NCBI GenBank assembly: GCA_026397715.1
Contig: JAPLUN010000685.1
Span: forward strand, 77 to 64,076
Origin: Verrucomicrobiota bacterium
GTDB taxonomy: Bacteria; Verrucomicrobiota; Verrucomicrobiia; Verrucomicrobiales; Verrucomicrobiaceae
Reading direction: 5' to 3'
DNA: 64,000 nt
Part shown: in pieces, positions 45,804 to 57,027 of the stretch
Layout of the letters: each line of letters starts with the position of its first letter
Position numbering within the stretch: position 1 is the stretch's first letter
Notes under the pieces: model-generated
What the model saw: the letters and a program-made list of their open reading frames with translations, nothing else
What the model was told of the DNA's origin: nothing
The model's database searches: none
Made by a program: the position numbers and the translations under genes

Positions 45804-46748
45804 ATGCCGATCCCCCGCTTCCTCCTTGCCCTCGCACTCTGCGTCTGCGTCGTGGCATGCAAACGTGAAGATGCGAAGCCTGCCGCGAAGCCGGATGCTG
45901 CGGCGTTTGTCGCCGACGGCGGTGGTGATGGCAGCGTGTGGGTGGTGGACGGGCCAAACGGAGGCCGCCTGTTCCTGTGCGGCACCATTCACATTTTACG
46001 CGAGAAAGACTACCCCTTGGCCCCGGCCTATGAGGCAGCGTACATGTATTCAAATAAGCTCGTCCTGGAACTGCCTCCGGGAGCGGCTTCAGGATCAGAA
46101 CTGACGAGCCGGATGTCGCAGCTCGGCCAGTATCCAGCAGACAAGTCGCTCGAGGCGAATGTGAACAAGGAAACTTGGGAGGCCGTGAAAACATGGGCCT
46201 CCAAACACGGCTTGAAGGATTCCTCATTGAACCGCTTCCGTCCGTGGTTCGTGGCCCTCATGATCACCTCCACTGAATATGCGGCTCTGGGCGCCAAGTC
46301 GGACCAGGGTGTAGACTCTTTCTTTGAGGAGCGGGCGAAGAAGGACGGCAAGCCTGCCGAAGGACTGGAGACGGTGGAGTTTCAACTCCAGCTCTTTGCC
46401 GCCCTCAGTGAAAAGCAGCAGCGTGAGCTCCTGGAGCAGACGCTGGGAGAGATCAGCTCCGTGAAAGAGGAGTTCGAAAAAATGATCAAGGCCTGGAAAT
46501 ACGGCCAGCTGGATGATCTGAAAGAGATGCTCTTTCGCGAGGCGGAGAAGTACCCCGACCTCATGAATCTTTTCCTCACCGCCCGCAATCTCTCCTGGAT
46601 GGACCGGCTGGAGCAGATGCTCAAACGTGGTGAGAAGGTGATGGTACTGGTGGGCACTGGGCATTTCACCTCAGACACCGGCCTGATCGAGCTCTTTCGA
46701 AAGCGTGGCTACCGCGTGCGGCATTACCGTGAAGTGACGGACTTCTGA
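45804..46748 (+). CDS. TraB/GumN family protein, probable lipoprotein
   Basis: Lipobox-like VVAC; LCGTIH, GVD, GLETVEFQ, ARN..W, VGTGH. Confidence 0.88.
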   Translation: MPIPRFLLALALCVCVVACKREDAKPAAKPDAAAFVADGGGDGSVWVVDGPNGGRLFLCGTIHILREKDYPLAPAYEAAYMYSNKLVLELPPGAASGSELTSRMSQLGQYPADKSLEANVNKETWEAVKTWASKHGLKDSSLNRFRPWFVALMITSTEYAALGAKSDQGVDSFFEERAKKDGKPAEGLETVEFQLQLFAALSEKQQRELLEQTLGEISSVKEEFEKMIKAWKYGQLDDLKEMLFREAEKYPDLMNLFLTARNLSWMDRLEQMLKRGEKVMVLVGTGHFTSDTGLIELFRKRGYRVRHYREVTDF

Positions 46749-46755
46749 GCAAGCC

Positions 46756-47727
46756 TCACAAAAGCCGCAGCCGGGTCAGATCCTGCGTATCGACCATGCC
46801 CACGGGTTTGCCCGATTCATCGACCACCACGATGTCGTCGATGCGGTTTTTCTCGAGCGTAGCGAGAACCTCGGCAGCGAGTTTGATGGCCTGAATGCTC
46901 ACCGGGCGCGGCGTCATGTACTCATTCACCGGCTTGTCCGCGATGGCGTTGTTCTTCTGAAAAGCACGGACAAAGTCCCCATGCGTGAAGACGCCGGCGA
47001 GAGTGCCGTCCGGATGCGTCACAATGGCGGCACCGCTGCGCGCGCGGGTCATCGCCTGGAGGGCCTCGCGCACGGTCGTTTCCGGCTGGATGACCGCGAG
47101 TTGCTCTCCGCTGCGCATGACATCGCTCACGCGCGTGAGCAGGGCGCGGCCCAGCGAGCCGCCGGGGTGCAGTTTCGCGAAGTCCTCGGATTGAAAGCCC
47201 CGCGCTTCCAGCAAAGCCATGGCCAGCGCATCACACAAGACCAGCATCGTCGTGGTGCTGGAGGTCGGGGCCAGATTCAGCGGGCAGGCTTCCTGCGTGA
47301 CGTGCACATCGAGCACCACGTCCGCATTCCTGGCCAGCGTGGACTGCATGCCGCCGGTGATGGCGATGATCGGGATGTCAAAGCGCTTCAAATGCGGCAG
47401 CAGGTCCAGCAGTTCGGTCGTTTCACCGCTGTAGCTGAGCATGATCGCCAGATCACCCGGATCGATCACCCCGAGATCGCCATGCAGCGCATCCCCGACA
47501 TTGAGCAGCACGGTGGTGGCCCCGGTGCTGTTGAGCGTGGCTGCAAGCTTGCGGCCGATGTTGCCGCTTTTTCCCACGCCACAGACGATCAGTTTGCCCC
47601 GCTGGCGGACCCCCGAGAGCAGAAGTTCGATGGCCCGGGCGAACGATTCGTCAATGCGCGCATGCAACCGCTGCAGCTCGTCGATTTCGAGCTGGATCAC
47701 GCGGCGGGCTTTTTCGGGGTAATTCAT
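46756..47727 (-). CDS. kdsD: Arabinose-5-phosphate isomerase (KpsF/GutQ family, SIS + 2 CBS)
   Basis: GVGKSG, HGDLG, SYSGET, EACPLNLAPTSST, HPGGSLG, CBS pair. Confidence 0.93.
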   Translation of the reverse strand: MNYPEKARRVIQLEIDELQRLHARIDESFARAIELLLSGVRQRGKLIVCGVGKSGNIGRKLAATLNSTGATTVLLNVGDALHGDLGVIDPGDLAIMLSYSGETTELLDLLPHLKRFDIPIIAITGGMQSTLARNADVVLDVHVTQEACPLNLAPTSSTTTMLVLCDALAMALLEARGFQSEDFAKLHPGGSLGRALLTRVSDVMRSGEQLAVIQPETTVREALQAMTRARSGAAIVTHPDGTLAGVFTHGDFVRAFQKNNAIADKPVNEYMTPRPVSIQAIKLAAEVLATLEKNRIDDIVVVDESGKPVGMVDTQDLTRLRLL

Positions 47728-47834
47728 GGGCCGGAACTGTTAGGCGGGGACTGAGATGCATCAACCAAGTGCTTGAGCCCGTGACACTTCCCCGCCATGA
47801 TTGCCCAAGCTCCTTCTGAATTGTTATTTAATCA

Positions 47835-48863
47835 ATGACCTCTGGCTCCACCGGTTCTCACCGCGCCTTCATGGGTGTTTGCATCACCCTGTGCGTCATC
47901 CTGTCGCTGACACTTTACGTAGGATGGAAATTCTATTTCTTCAATGTCGCCAATCGCAACAGCCTGATCGAAAAGGCCCAAAGCGCCGAGAAGAAAGCCC
48001 AGGATCTGGAAAAGCTGGGGATCTCCTTTGAGCCGGCCCATACCGCCCCCCCCACTACTTCGGTGCTGCCCAAACTCACGACCAGCAGTGAGACCGCCCC
48101 CCCAATCAAACCCACAGTTCCTTCAGCCACCTCCACTCTGGCATACTCCCCCAGTCAGAATGCTTCACTGCATCCTGCGGAATCCAGCATCAAGGAGCTG
48201 CCTCTGCTGGAGTCCAGTGATGAAGTGGTTCAGGCATTGCAGTTGCTGGACCAGTATTGGAAAACGGAGTCTTGGAAGGATCGCGTTCCGCTGGTGGCCC
48301 ATTCTGAGCGGGTCGCCACTTTGATGAAGGATTACTATGAAGTGCAGGGCGCCTCAGATCCCTCGCCAGGCGCGTTGGTCAGCAAGGCGCGTTATCAGAT
48401 CAATGGCACTGAAATTCTTTACCTGAGCTATGCCAGCAACCGGCCCACGGGCTCGTTGGAAATCGCCATGCTGCGGGGTCCGCAGGGGAAATTCCTGGTC
48501 GACTGGGAAAGCCTCACCGGATATGGCGAGATGTCTTTCCAGGAGTTGCGCACCAAACGCCCCACCAAGCCAGTGCTGATGCGGTCATATGTGCGCTTGT
48601 TTGAGTACTACAATTACGAGTTCTCCGACTCTAAAAAATACCTGTGCATCAAGCTGCTGTCAGAGAGCGGCGACAATTCGGTGTACGCTTATTGTGAACG
48701 TGGCACCCCGCTGGCGCAGTGGATGGAGAGAGACCTCGCCAGCACCGGGCCTACAGGCTTCAAAGGTTACACCATGCTGATATCCTTTCCTCCAGACGCC
48801 CAGTCAAACCAGTGCGTGATTCTGGACAAAGTCGTGACACAGCGCTGGCTCAGCCTGCCCTAA
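47835..48863 (+). CDS. Hypothetical single-pass membrane protein with Pro/Thr/Ser linker
   Basis: N-terminal TM, low-complexity linker, globular C-terminal domain (FLVDWES..GY). Confidence 0.75.
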   Translation: MTSGSTGSHRAFMGVCITLCVILSLTLYVGWKFYFFNVANRNSLIEKAQSAEKKAQDLEKLGISFEPAHTAPPTTSVLPKLTTSSETAPPIKPTVPSATSTLAYSPSQNASLHPAESSIKELPLLESSDEVVQALQLLDQYWKTESWKDRVPLVAHSERVATLMKDYYEVQGASDPSPGALVSKARYQINGTEILYLSYASNRPTGSLEIAMLRGPQGKFLVDWESLTGYGEMSFQELRTKRPTKPVLMRSYVRLFEYYNYEFSDSKKYLCIKLLSESGDNSVYAYCERGTPLAQWMERDLASTGPTGFKGYTMLISFPPDAQSNQCVILDKVVTQRWLSLP

Positions 48864-48917
48864 AACGCCAACACCGTCAGGCATGGCGGTGTGCTTTTAA
48901 ACGAACGCCCCAAAGGC

Positions 48918-49151
48918 TTATTCGCCGTCGCGACCGATCGCTTCCACCGGGCAGCCGGTAAGAGCTTCTTCACAAAGTGCGCGCTCCTCATCCGATTCAG
49001 GCTGCTTGTAGAGGAACGAATGACCGCCATCGTCGTCACGCTTGAAGTTTGCAGGAGCCGTTTCGCGGCAGAGGTCGCAGTCAATGCACTGGTCATCAAC
49101 GTAGTAAGCTCCGGAAGCGTTTTGGGCGTATTTGTTTGCAGCGTCAGCCAT
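48918..49151 (-). CDS. Ferredoxin (single-cluster type)
   Basis: CIDCDLC...CPVEAI. Confidence 0.92.
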   Translation of the reverse strand: MADAANKYAQNASGAYYVDDQCIDCDLCRETAPANFKRDDDGGHSFLYKQPESDEERALCEEALTGCPVEAIGRDGE

Positions 49152-49178
49152 GGGGGTCAGGGAAAGTAAGGGGCATTG

Positions 49179-49206
49179 ATAGTAGTTCCCACCCCCGGGG
49201 TTTCAA
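49179..49206 (-). promoter_or_regulatory. Candidate sigma70 promoter of the ferredoxin gene
   Basis: Minus strand TTGAAA-N16-TACTAT, followed by a short pyrimidine-rich leader. Confidence 0.5.
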
Positions 49207-49322
49207 ACGGTTTTTTGCCTGCCCGCCCCCTCCCCGCTCCCCCTTTGACAGAGTCTTTACAATAAAAGCTCGCTTCAGCCGTGATGCTCGCCGCATCATT
49301 CACCCCAATCCGCTTTCCAGCC

Positions 49323-52300
49323 ATGAAATCGCTCGTCCTCGCCCTCTTGCTGCCTCTCACGGCCCTTGCCGAAAATGAAATCGGCTTCATCGAGCGCTTC
49401 GCCCTCGCTGCCGACCGCGAAAAAGCCCTCGGCGAGCTCGTTCCCGGCTCGGAGGAATACTATTTCTTCCACGCTCTCCATTACCAAAACGTCCGCGACA
49501 GCGCCAGACTCAATCAAATCCTCAATCAGTGGCGTGAACGCGTCCCTGACGAAAACGAAGCACGCCGCATCATCCTCAATCGAGAGGCCATCCTGGATTA
49601 TGAACGCGATCCCCAGGCCACGCTGAAATATCTCATCGAGCGCCTGGGCATTCGTCACGACCACCAGCAGGAGGTTCGTGATCAAAAGCCAAACCTCCCC
49701 ACGCAGCTTGATCCCACCAAAATCAGCCGTGAAATCTTCCTCCTCGATACACTGAAACATGATGGCGGATTTGAAACACTCTCTCAGGACGCTCTCGCCT
49801 CCCTCATTCGTGATCAGGTACAGCTCTCGGCTTTTCAACGCCGCAGCGTGCTCAGCAAGCTCGAACGCCCCGATGTGCCCAATCTCGTGCAGGCCATCAT
49901 TGCCGACCTTCAGGCGGACAAATCACGCACCTTCGGCTCTTTGCCCATTCATCGCGCCCTGCTGCCGGAGCAGCTGGATTCACTGCTGCAAACCTTCCCT
50001 CAGTGGCTCAGCCAGCAGGCTTTTGTTTACGCCCGCCTGCGCAAGCTGGCCCCCAGTGCGGATGTGAACCTGGAATACGACGACGCTGAGCGCGCCGCCT
50101 GGCTCGACCGCGTGTGGGCCTTCGCACAAAACCTGCCGCCCTCCCAAAACACCCTCAAGGCCCGCATCCTCTACCTCCGCCTGGACCATGACCGCAAGCA
50201 CGGCGTGTATGACCGCGCCCGCTTCATTGAATACCTCAAGCTCCCGCGCCAGCAGGACTACATCAACTACACCTACATCAAAGACGTCATCCCCGGCGAA
50301 CTCTCAGACCTCAACGCCGACCTCAGCGAGCCATTGCTGCTTTCCCTGCCCCTCAGCACGGACGAGCCGCTCGTCCGCGAGTACTTCCTCCACCTCTTTG
50401 CTGCCGAGGTGAAGCCCGATTCCGATCCCAACGACGTCCTCGCGCAATGGACCACGTACATAGCCGAAGAATGGCTCACCCCTGTCCTGGCAGAGGCGCT
50501 TATCACCCACCGCATCGGCTCCCCGGAGCATTGGGCCTCGCTGATCACACCCACCCAATTCCAGCAGCTCAAGGACCGTGTCGACATCGAGTTTCCCGCC
50601 ACGAATACACCCCAGTTCTCACCCGGCGATGACATCCAGTTCGACGTCACCGTCAAAAACACACCAAAGCTCATCGTGAAGATCTTTGAGCTGAACACGC
50701 TCAATTTCTTTCAGACCCAGCAGCGCCAGCTCAATACCGATCTCAATCTCGACGGCCTCGTGGCCAACAGCGAGCAGACCCACGCTTTCGAGGGCGGCCC
50801 GTTCGCACGCACGCGGCAGACTTTCAAATTCCCCGAGCTCAAAGGCAAACGCGGCGCATGGATCATCGAGTTCATCGGCGGCGGCCGCAGCAGCCGCGCC
50901 CTCATTCGCACCGGTCAGTTCCACGTTCTGCAGCAAACCGGCCCCAGCGGCGATCTCATCCTCGTCCTCGATGAAAAGCACCAGCCCGTGAACGATGCCG
51001 TGGCGTGGTTTGAAGGCCGCAAACTGACGCGCGATGAAAAAATCGGACGCATCGTCATTCCGTTCACGAATCAACCCGGCACGAAGAATCTTGTCATTGG
51101 GGATGCCGGGGGCAGCTTCGCCACCCTCACATCCTTCACCCATCATGCTGAGGACTACCGCCTCGATGCCCAGTTCCACATCGAACGCGAGCAGCTTCTA
51201 GCCCGCCGCGAAGCCACCCTGGCAGTGCGCACTGCATTGATGATTGGAGAGGTGCACCTCGCCCCGGAATTCCTCACCGAACCGAAGCTCACCATCACCA
51301 GCACCACGCTGGATGGCATCTCCACCACTCGCGAAGTCAAAGACCTCAAGCTCAGCGCCGGCAGCGACCTCACGCACACGCTCACCGTCCCCGAACGCCT
51401 CGCCTCACTCACCGTGGCCTTCACTGCCAAGGTGGATGTTGTCAGCGCCGGAGGGACGAAAAAAGACCTCACCGCCAGCCACACCTGGACGCTCAACGGC
51501 ATCGATAAAACGGAAGCCGTCAACGACGGCCACCTCAGCACCTTTGATGGCCAGCGTGTCTTCGAACTCCTCGGCAAAAACGGCGAACCCATCGCCGATC
51601 AACAGGTCATTTTCACGTTCAAGCACCAAGACTTCAATCGTCCCCAGGTCATCCCGATGCGCACCGATGCCCGAGGCCGCGTGAACCTCGGCAAACTCAC
51701 CAGCATCGAATCCGTCGCCGCCAAAATCCCCAATGGCCGTCAGACACTCTGGCCGCAGCTCGATGCTGAGGACACGCTCTCCACCACCATTCACGCCAAG
51801 GAAGGCGAAACCATTCGCGTCCCCATTCATGATACCGGCAGTCTTCCGGCCTCACTCCTTGCTCAGACATCCGGCACCTTCACCGCAGACCTTGCAGCAC
51901 TCCTCAAAACGGAAAACGGTTTCCTCACCATCAGCGGTCTCACACCAGGCGATTACTCACTGAAAATCCCCGACCAGCCGCTGATCACACTCAAGGTCAC
52001 TCAAGGCGAAACCCTCGGCGGCTGGGTGCTTGGCAAGCACCGCCAGCTTGAACTCAAAGGCAACACACCGCTGCACATCCTCAGCATCGAAAACGGCCAG
52101 GAATTCATCACCGTCAAACTCTCCAACAGCAGTCCCTTCGCACGCGTTCATTTTGCTGCATCGCGCTTCGATCCCGGCAGCGGCATCTTCGGCGGCCTCG
52201 CTGGTTTCACTCGATTCGGCGCCGCCTCTGGCACTCCCGCTAGAAACCCAAATCTCTACTCCGCTGGCCGTGAGATCGGCGATGAGTACCGCTACATCCT

Positions 52301-55300
52301 CGAACGCCGCTACGCCAAGCTCTTCCCTGGCAACATGCTCACCCGCCCCGGCCTGCTGCTGAATCCTTGGGAGATCCGCAGCACCGACCTCGACGAACTC
52401 GCTCAGCTCGGAGGCCAGTCCGCTGCCATGACTCGCGGAGGTGCCGCTGGCGTTGCCAACGATGCCGATAAAATGGCAGCGAAGAAAATGAAAGCCCAAA
52501 GCGGGCCGCAAGGCGGCACCAATCTCGACTTCCTCGATTCATCCTCACCGGTCATCTATAATCTTGTGCCCGACAAAGACGGCGTCGTCCGCATCGAACG
52601 CAAAGCCCTCGGCGACCGCCAGCACGTCCAGATTTACGCCGAAGACCTGCAAAACGCCTCCTGGCGCACGCTCACGCTGCCAGAGGCTCCCACCAAGTTC
52701 GCCGATCAACGCCTCGCACGAAATCTTGATCCCAAGACACCCTTCACGCAGAAAAAAGAAATCACTGTGCTCGAAACCGGCAAGGCCCTCACCCTCGCCG
52801 ACATCCTCACCAGCGAACTCGAAACCTACGACACAATCGGTGGCATCCACTCGCTGTTCACCACGCTCAGCCATGACGGCCATCTGGCCGAATTCGCTTG
52901 GCTGCTGAACTGGCCCAAGCTCAATGAAGATGAGAAGCGCGCCAAATACGGTGAGTTCGCCTGCCATGAACTGAACTTCTTCCTCTTCCGCAAAGACAAG
53001 CCTTTCTTCGATGCCGTGGCGAAACCCTATCTCGCCAACAAGAAGGACAAGACCTTCATGGATGAGTACCTCCTCGACCTCGATCTCGCCCCATATCTGG
53101 AACCCTGGGCCTACGCCCGCCTCAACATCGTCGAGCGCATCCTGCTCGCTCAGCGCATTAAAAACGAAGCTCCGAATGCCGCACGTCATGTCCGCGAGCT
53201 ATGGGAGATGATTCCACCGAATCCTGAACAGCAAGATTACCTCTTTGAAACGTCACTGCGCGGTCGGGCGATGGAATTTTCAGACGCGGCGGCCAGCGGG
53301 GACCTGGAAAAAGCAAAAACACAAGCTGCACTTGCAGCTCCACCCCCACCACCGATGTCGCCGATGCCAGCAGCGGCGGCAGCTCCTGCAGATGCTTTTG
53401 CCGCGCCGTCACCAGCAATGGGATCTGGAAATCTCGGCAATAGCAGCGAAGCCAAGCCTGGAAACCGCAGAAACGACCGCTCCCTGACCGCCGTCGAACT
53501 CCAACGGCTACCTGCGATGAAAAACGCCGCTCTCGACATGCCCAAGGAAATGGCTGCCCTCGGCCAAGAACGACAAGAAGCGCTGCGTAAATCAGGAGCA
53601 GGTGGCTGGGCATTGAGCGGTGCCAACACCTACACAGGCGCAACCACCATCAATGCGGGAACACTCCTCTATTTCGACGCTGGATCTGTCAAAGATTCGC
53701 AGCAGCAGGTTCGCATCTTCTTCCGCGCCCTAGGTCCCACCAAAGAATGGGCGGAGAACAACTACTACAAGCTGCACATCACAGACCAGACCGCCGACCT
53801 CGTCACCGTGAACGCCTTCTGGCGCGATTATGCTGCCTGGGTGGCCGCTGGGTCCAAGGGCGGCTTTGTCTCTTCCAACGTCGCCGAGGCCAGCCGCAAT
53901 TTCACCGAGATGATGCTCGCGCTCGCCGTGCTTGACCTTCCCTTTGAGGCTCCCAAGCACAGCACTAAGGCTGACAATGGAAAGTTCACTTTCACCGCAG
54001 GCGGCCCCTGCATCGTGTATCACAAAGAGATCAAGCCCGCCGTTGTCGAAAACAACGCACAAGGCCAGCTCCTCGTCTCCCAAAGCTTCTTCCGCCAGAG
54101 CGACCGCTACCGCATGGAGGGGAATGAGAAGTTCGAAAAATACGTCACCACCGAATTCCTCGCCGGTGCGACGTATGGCGCAAACATCGTCGTCACCAAT
54201 CCCACCAGCAGCCCGGTGAAGGCCGTGGTTCTGCTGCAGATCCCGCAGGGCGCATTGCCTGTGCTCGGCAGCAAGGCCACCGACTCTCGCCAGATTCGGC
54301 TGGAGCCTTACACCACGCAGACGTTCGAGTATCACTTCTACTTCCCTCTCGTGCCCGCCAAGGCAGGCCTCAAGTTCGCGCACTTCCCTGTCAACGTCGC
54401 CACCAGCACCAGCACGGCAGGCGCAAAACCGTTTGAGTTCAATGTCGTGCCGAAACTCACCGAGGTAGACAAAGCTTCGTGGGACTATGTCTCGCAATAC
54501 GGCAGTGATGCGGAAGTCTTCACCTTCCTTGAGCAAAACAATCTCGAAAGCCTCGACATGGAGCGCATCGCCTGGCGTTGCCGTCAGAGTGGAGACTTCT
54601 ACAAGAAGCTCATCGATTTTATGCGCCAGCATCACTTCTATGATGCCGACATCTACAGCTATGCTTTTCTCCACAATGATCCCATCGCTTTGCGGGAATG
54701 GCTGAAGCTTTATGGCTTCGCAGATCAATGCGGTCCGTATTTCATCAGCAAGCTCCTTACCCTCGACCCCATCGAACGCCGCAGCTACGAGCAGCTCGAA
54801 TACTCCCCGCTCGTCAATCAGCGCGCCCACCGCGTCGGCAACGAGTGGCGCATCGCCAATCCAGCAGTGCTGGAGCAGTACACCAAGTTCCTCGACATCC
54901 TCGCTCACAAGCCGCAGCTCGATGCCATGGACAACCTGAGTGTAGCCTACTTCCTCTTCCTGCAAGACCGCGTGGAAGAGGCTCTGGCACGCTTCAAGTC
55001 CATCGACGCCGCCAAGCTTCCCACCAAGATCCAGCACGACTACTTCCAGTGCTACGCCGCCTTCTATGAAGGCGATCTCGCCGCCGCACGCGGCCTCGCC
55101 GCAAAGTATGCCGATCATCCCGTGCCACGCTGGAAGCTGCTCTTTGCAGATGTGGCCACTCAGCTTGAAGAAATCGAAGGCAAGACCGCAAAGACCGAAA
55201 AAGGCGACAAGCCCGATCGCGAAAAACAGCAGGCCGAACTCGCCGCCACCGAGCCCGGCTTTGACTTCAAAGTCGAAAACAAGACCATCGCCCTCACCTG

Positions 55301-55904
55301 GAAAAACCTCGGAGAAGTCACGCTGAACTACTACCTCATGGACCCCGAGTTCAGCTTCAGCAGCAATCCCTTTGTAAGTCAGGATGCCGGACGCTTCAGC
55401 ATCATCAAGCCGAACAAAACATCCACACAAGCGTTGCCGAAGGATCAAACCACGCTCGATCTGGCGCTGCCCGCCGAATTCGCCAAGGCGAACGTGCTCG
55501 TCGAAGTCCTCGGAGCAGGACTGCGCAAGACCCAGGCCTACCATGCCAACACCTTGAAGCTCACACTCTCCGAAAACTACGGCCGCCTCGAAACTCGCGA
55601 CTCCACCACCGACAAACCGCTGCCCAAGGCCTACGTCAAAGTGTACGCACGCCTGAACAACGGCACCGTGCGCTTCTTCAAGGACGGCTACACTGACCTG
55701 CGCGGCCGCTTTGACTACGCCAGCCTCAACGGCCCCGAAAATGCATCACCACAACCGACGCCCTATGAAGCCCCACCCGCCAACGGCCTCGACTACCAGA
55801 TGCTCAAGCCTGCCGAGCTGAGCAATGTCGAAAAAATCGCCATCCTGATCCTCAGCGACACCCACGGCGCAACGGTGAAGGAAGTGAACCCACCCGGGAG
55901 GTAG
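49323..55904 (+). CDS. Giant (2193 aa) secreted hypothetical protein, macroglobulin-like motifs suspected
   Basis: Uninterrupted 6.6-kb ORF with strong host codon bias; signal peptide [16 protein letters not shown]; no catalytic motif recognised. Confidence 0.9.
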   Translation: MKSLVLALLLPLTALAENEIGFIERFALAADREKALGELVPGSEEYYFFHALHYQNVRDSARLNQILNQWRERVPDENEARRIILNREAILDYERDPQATLKYLIERLGIRHDHQQEVRDQKPNLPTQLDPTKISREIFLLDTLKHDGGFETLSQDALASLIRDQVQLSAFQRRSVLSKLERPDVPNLVQAIIADLQADKSRTFGSLPIHRALLPEQLDSLLQTFPQWLSQQAFVYARLRKLAPSADVNLEYDDAERAAWLDRVWAFAQNLPPSQNTLKARILYLRLDHDRKHGVYDRARFIEYLKLPRQQDYINYTYIKDVIPGELSDLNADLSEPLLLSLPLSTDEPLVREYFLHLFAAEVKPDSDPNDVLAQWTTYIAEEWLTPVLAEALITHRIGSPEHWASLITPTQFQQLKDRVDIEFPATNTPQFSPGDDIQFDVTVKNTPKLIVKIFELNTLNFFQTQQRQLNTDLNLDGLVANSEQTHAFEGGPFARTRQTFKFPELKGKRGAWIIEFIGGGRSSRALIRTGQFHVLQQTGPSGDLILVLDEKHQPVNDAVAWFEGRKLTRDEKIGRIVIPFTNQPGTKNLVIGDAGGSFATLTSFTHHAEDYRLDAQFHIEREQLLARREATLAVRTALMIGEVHLAPEFLTEPKLTITSTTLDGISTTREVKDLKLSAGSDLTHTLTVPERLASLTVAFTAKVDVVSAGGTKKDLTASHTWTLNGIDKTEAVNDGHLSTFDGQRVFELLGKNGEPIADQQVIFTFKHQDFNRPQVIPMRTDARGRVNLGKLTSIESVAAKIPNGRQTLWPQLDAEDTLSTTIHAKEGETIRVPIHDTGSLPASLLAQTSGTFTADLAALLKTENGFLTISGLTPGDYSLKIPDQPLITLKVTQGETLGGWVLGKHRQLELKGNTPLHILSIENGQEFITVKLSNSSPFARVHFAASRFDPGSGIFGGLAGFTRFGAASGTPARNPNLYSAGREIGDEYRYILERRYAKLFPGNMLTRPGLLLNPWEIRSTDLDELAQLGGQSAAMTRGGAAGVANDADKMAAKKMKAQSGPQGGTNLDFLDSSSPVIYNLVPDKDGVVRIERKALGDRQHVQIYAEDLQNASWRTLTLPEAPTKFADQRLARNLDPKTPFTQKKEITVLETGKALTLADILTSELETYDTIGGIHSLFTTLSHDGHLAEFAWLLNWPKLNEDEKRAKYGEFACHELNFFLFRKDKPFFDAVAKPYLANKKDKTFMDEYLLDLDLAPYLEPWAYARLNIVERILLAQRIKNEAPNAARHVRELWEMIPPNPEQQDYLFETSLRGRAMEFSDAAASGDLEKAKTQAALAAPPPPPMSPMPAAAAAPADAFAAPSPAMGSGNLGNSSEAKPGNRRNDRSLTAVELQRLPAMKNAALDMPKEMAALGQERQEALRKSGAGGWALSGANTYTGATTINAGTLLYFDAGSVKDSQQQVRIFFRALGPTKEWAENNYYKLHITDQTADLVTVNAFWRDYAAWVAAGSKGGFVSSNVAEASRNFTEMMLALAVLDLPFEAPKHSTKADNGKFTFTAGGPCIVYHKEIKPAVVENNAQGQLLVSQSFFRQSDRYRMEGNEKFEKYVTTEFLAGATYGANIVVTNPTSSPVKAVVLLQIPQGALPVLGSKATDSRQIRLEPYTTQTFEYHFYFPLVPAKAGLKFAHFPVNVATSTSTAGAKPFEFNVVPKLTEVDKASWDYVSQYGSDAEVFTFLEQNNLESLDMERIAWRCRQSGDFYKKLIDFMRQHHFYDADIYSYAFLHNDPIALREWLKLYGFADQCGPYFISKLLTLDPIERRSYEQLEYSPLVNQRAHRVGNEWRIANPAVLEQYTKFLDILAHKPQLDAMDNLSVAYFLFLQDRVEEALARFKSIDAAKLPTKIQHDYFQCYAAFYEGDLAAARGLAAKYADHPVPRWKLLFADVATQLEEIEGKTAKTEKGDKPDREKQQAELAATEPGFDFKVENKTIALTWKNLGEVTLNYYLMDPEFSFSSNPFVSQDAGRFSIIKPNKTSTQALPKDQTTLDLALPAEFAKANVLVEVLGAGLRKTQAYHANTLKLTLSENYGRLETRDSTTDKPLPKAYVKVYARLNNGTVRFFKDGYTDLRGRFDYASLNGPENASPQPTPYEAPPANGLDYQMLKPAELSNVEKIAILILSDTHGATVKEVNPPGR
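53583..53666 (+). repeat. Single autotransporter-associated beta-strand (PATR) repeat inside the giant ORF
   Basis: [28 protein letters not shown] matches the L-x-K-x-G-x-G-x-x-x-L-x-G-x-N-T-Y-T-G-x-T-x-I-x-x-G-T-L consensus. Confidence 0.85.
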
Positions 55905-55963
55905 ATTCATCTGCGATGAGAGAATGCGCCTTTTTCGAGCGTGAAGAAGGCGCTTCACCCATC

Positions 55964-57013
55964 ATGAAATCCATCCTCGCCGCCCTGCTTGCCTGTACCC
56001 TCACTCTTTCCGCGCGTGACAAAACGCTCGACATCTACTGGATCGACTCCGAAGGCGGCGGCTCGACCCTGCTCGTGACGCCAGCGGGTGAGTCGGTGCT
56101 CATCGACACCGGCAATCCCGGTGGACGCGATCCGCAGCGCATCAAGAAAGTCGCAACGGAACAGGCGAAGCTCACGCGCATTGATCACGTCATCATCACG
56201 CACTTTCATGCCGATCACTTCGGCGGTCTGGCTGAACTGGCGGAACTGATGCCGGTCGGCACACTCTACGACAAAGGCATCCCCGATGGCAGTCCAGACG
56301 GCAAGGCCCAGGACATGCGCTGGACGCTGACAAGCCGCCCGTATCGCGATGCCAAGGTGGAAAAGCGCGTCACACTGTCGGCAGGTGCCGTCGTGCCACT
56401 CAAGCAAGCGGAAGGCAGCCCAAAGCTCACGCTCCGCTGCCTGGGCGCAAATCAGCAGTTCATCCCGCCCTATCCCGACCAGCCCGAAAACCCGCTCAAG
56501 GGTTCAGTTCCACCCAAAGCAGCCGACCCAACTGACAACGCCAACAGCGTGGTGATGCTGCTGCAATTCGGCAACTTCCGCTTCTTTGATGGCGGCGATC
56601 TGTCATGGAATGTCGAAGAAAAACTCGTCTCTCCATTCAATCTCGTCGGCACCGTCGATCTATATCAAGTAAACCATCACGGCCTGGATGTGAGCAACAA
56701 CCCCATGCTCATTCACAGCCTCCAGCCCACAGTTTCGGTCATGAACAACGGCCCCCGCAAGGGCACCAGCAAGTCCGCCATGGACGCCCTCAAATCGACC
56801 CCGACGATCCAGGCCATGTATCAGGTGCATGAGAACGTCCGCGACGATCATGAGAACACAGCGGACAAGACCATGATCGCCAACCATGGAGATCTGGCCG
56901 AAGGCTGCGCCGCAGAGCACATTCACTGCACCGTCAGTGCCGATGGGAAAAGCTACAGCGTTGAGGTGCCTTCACAGAAACACAGCCGCACTTTCCAAAC
57001 GCGCGAAAAATAG
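55964..57013 (+). CDS. Secreted MBL-fold metallo-hydrolase (ComEC/Rec2-like)
   Basis: Signal peptide; [15 protein letters not shown] (HxHxDH), NANS, GDL, HHG. Confidence 0.9.
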   Translation: MKSILAALLACTLTLSARDKTLDIYWIDSEGGGSTLLVTPAGESVLIDTGNPGGRDPQRIKKVATEQAKLTRIDHVIITHFHADHFGGLAELAELMPVGTLYDKGIPDGSPDGKAQDMRWTLTSRPYRDAKVEKRVTLSAGAVVPLKQAEGSPKLTLRCLGANQQFIPPYPDQPENPLKGSVPPKAADPTDNANSVVMLLQFGNFRFFDGGDLSWNVEEKLVSPFNLVGTVDLYQVNHHGLDVSNNPMLIHSLQPTVSVMNNGPRKGTSKSAMDALKSTPTIQAMYQVHENVRDDHENTADKTMIANHGDLAEGCAAEHIHCTVSADGKSYSVEVPSQKHSRTFQTREK

Positions 57014-57027
57014 CGGCTGCACACACC

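Noticed and set aside
49245..49263. Perfect TTGACA followed by TACAAT upstream of the giant ORF
   Set aside because: The spacer is only 7 nt, incompatible with a single sigma70 promoter
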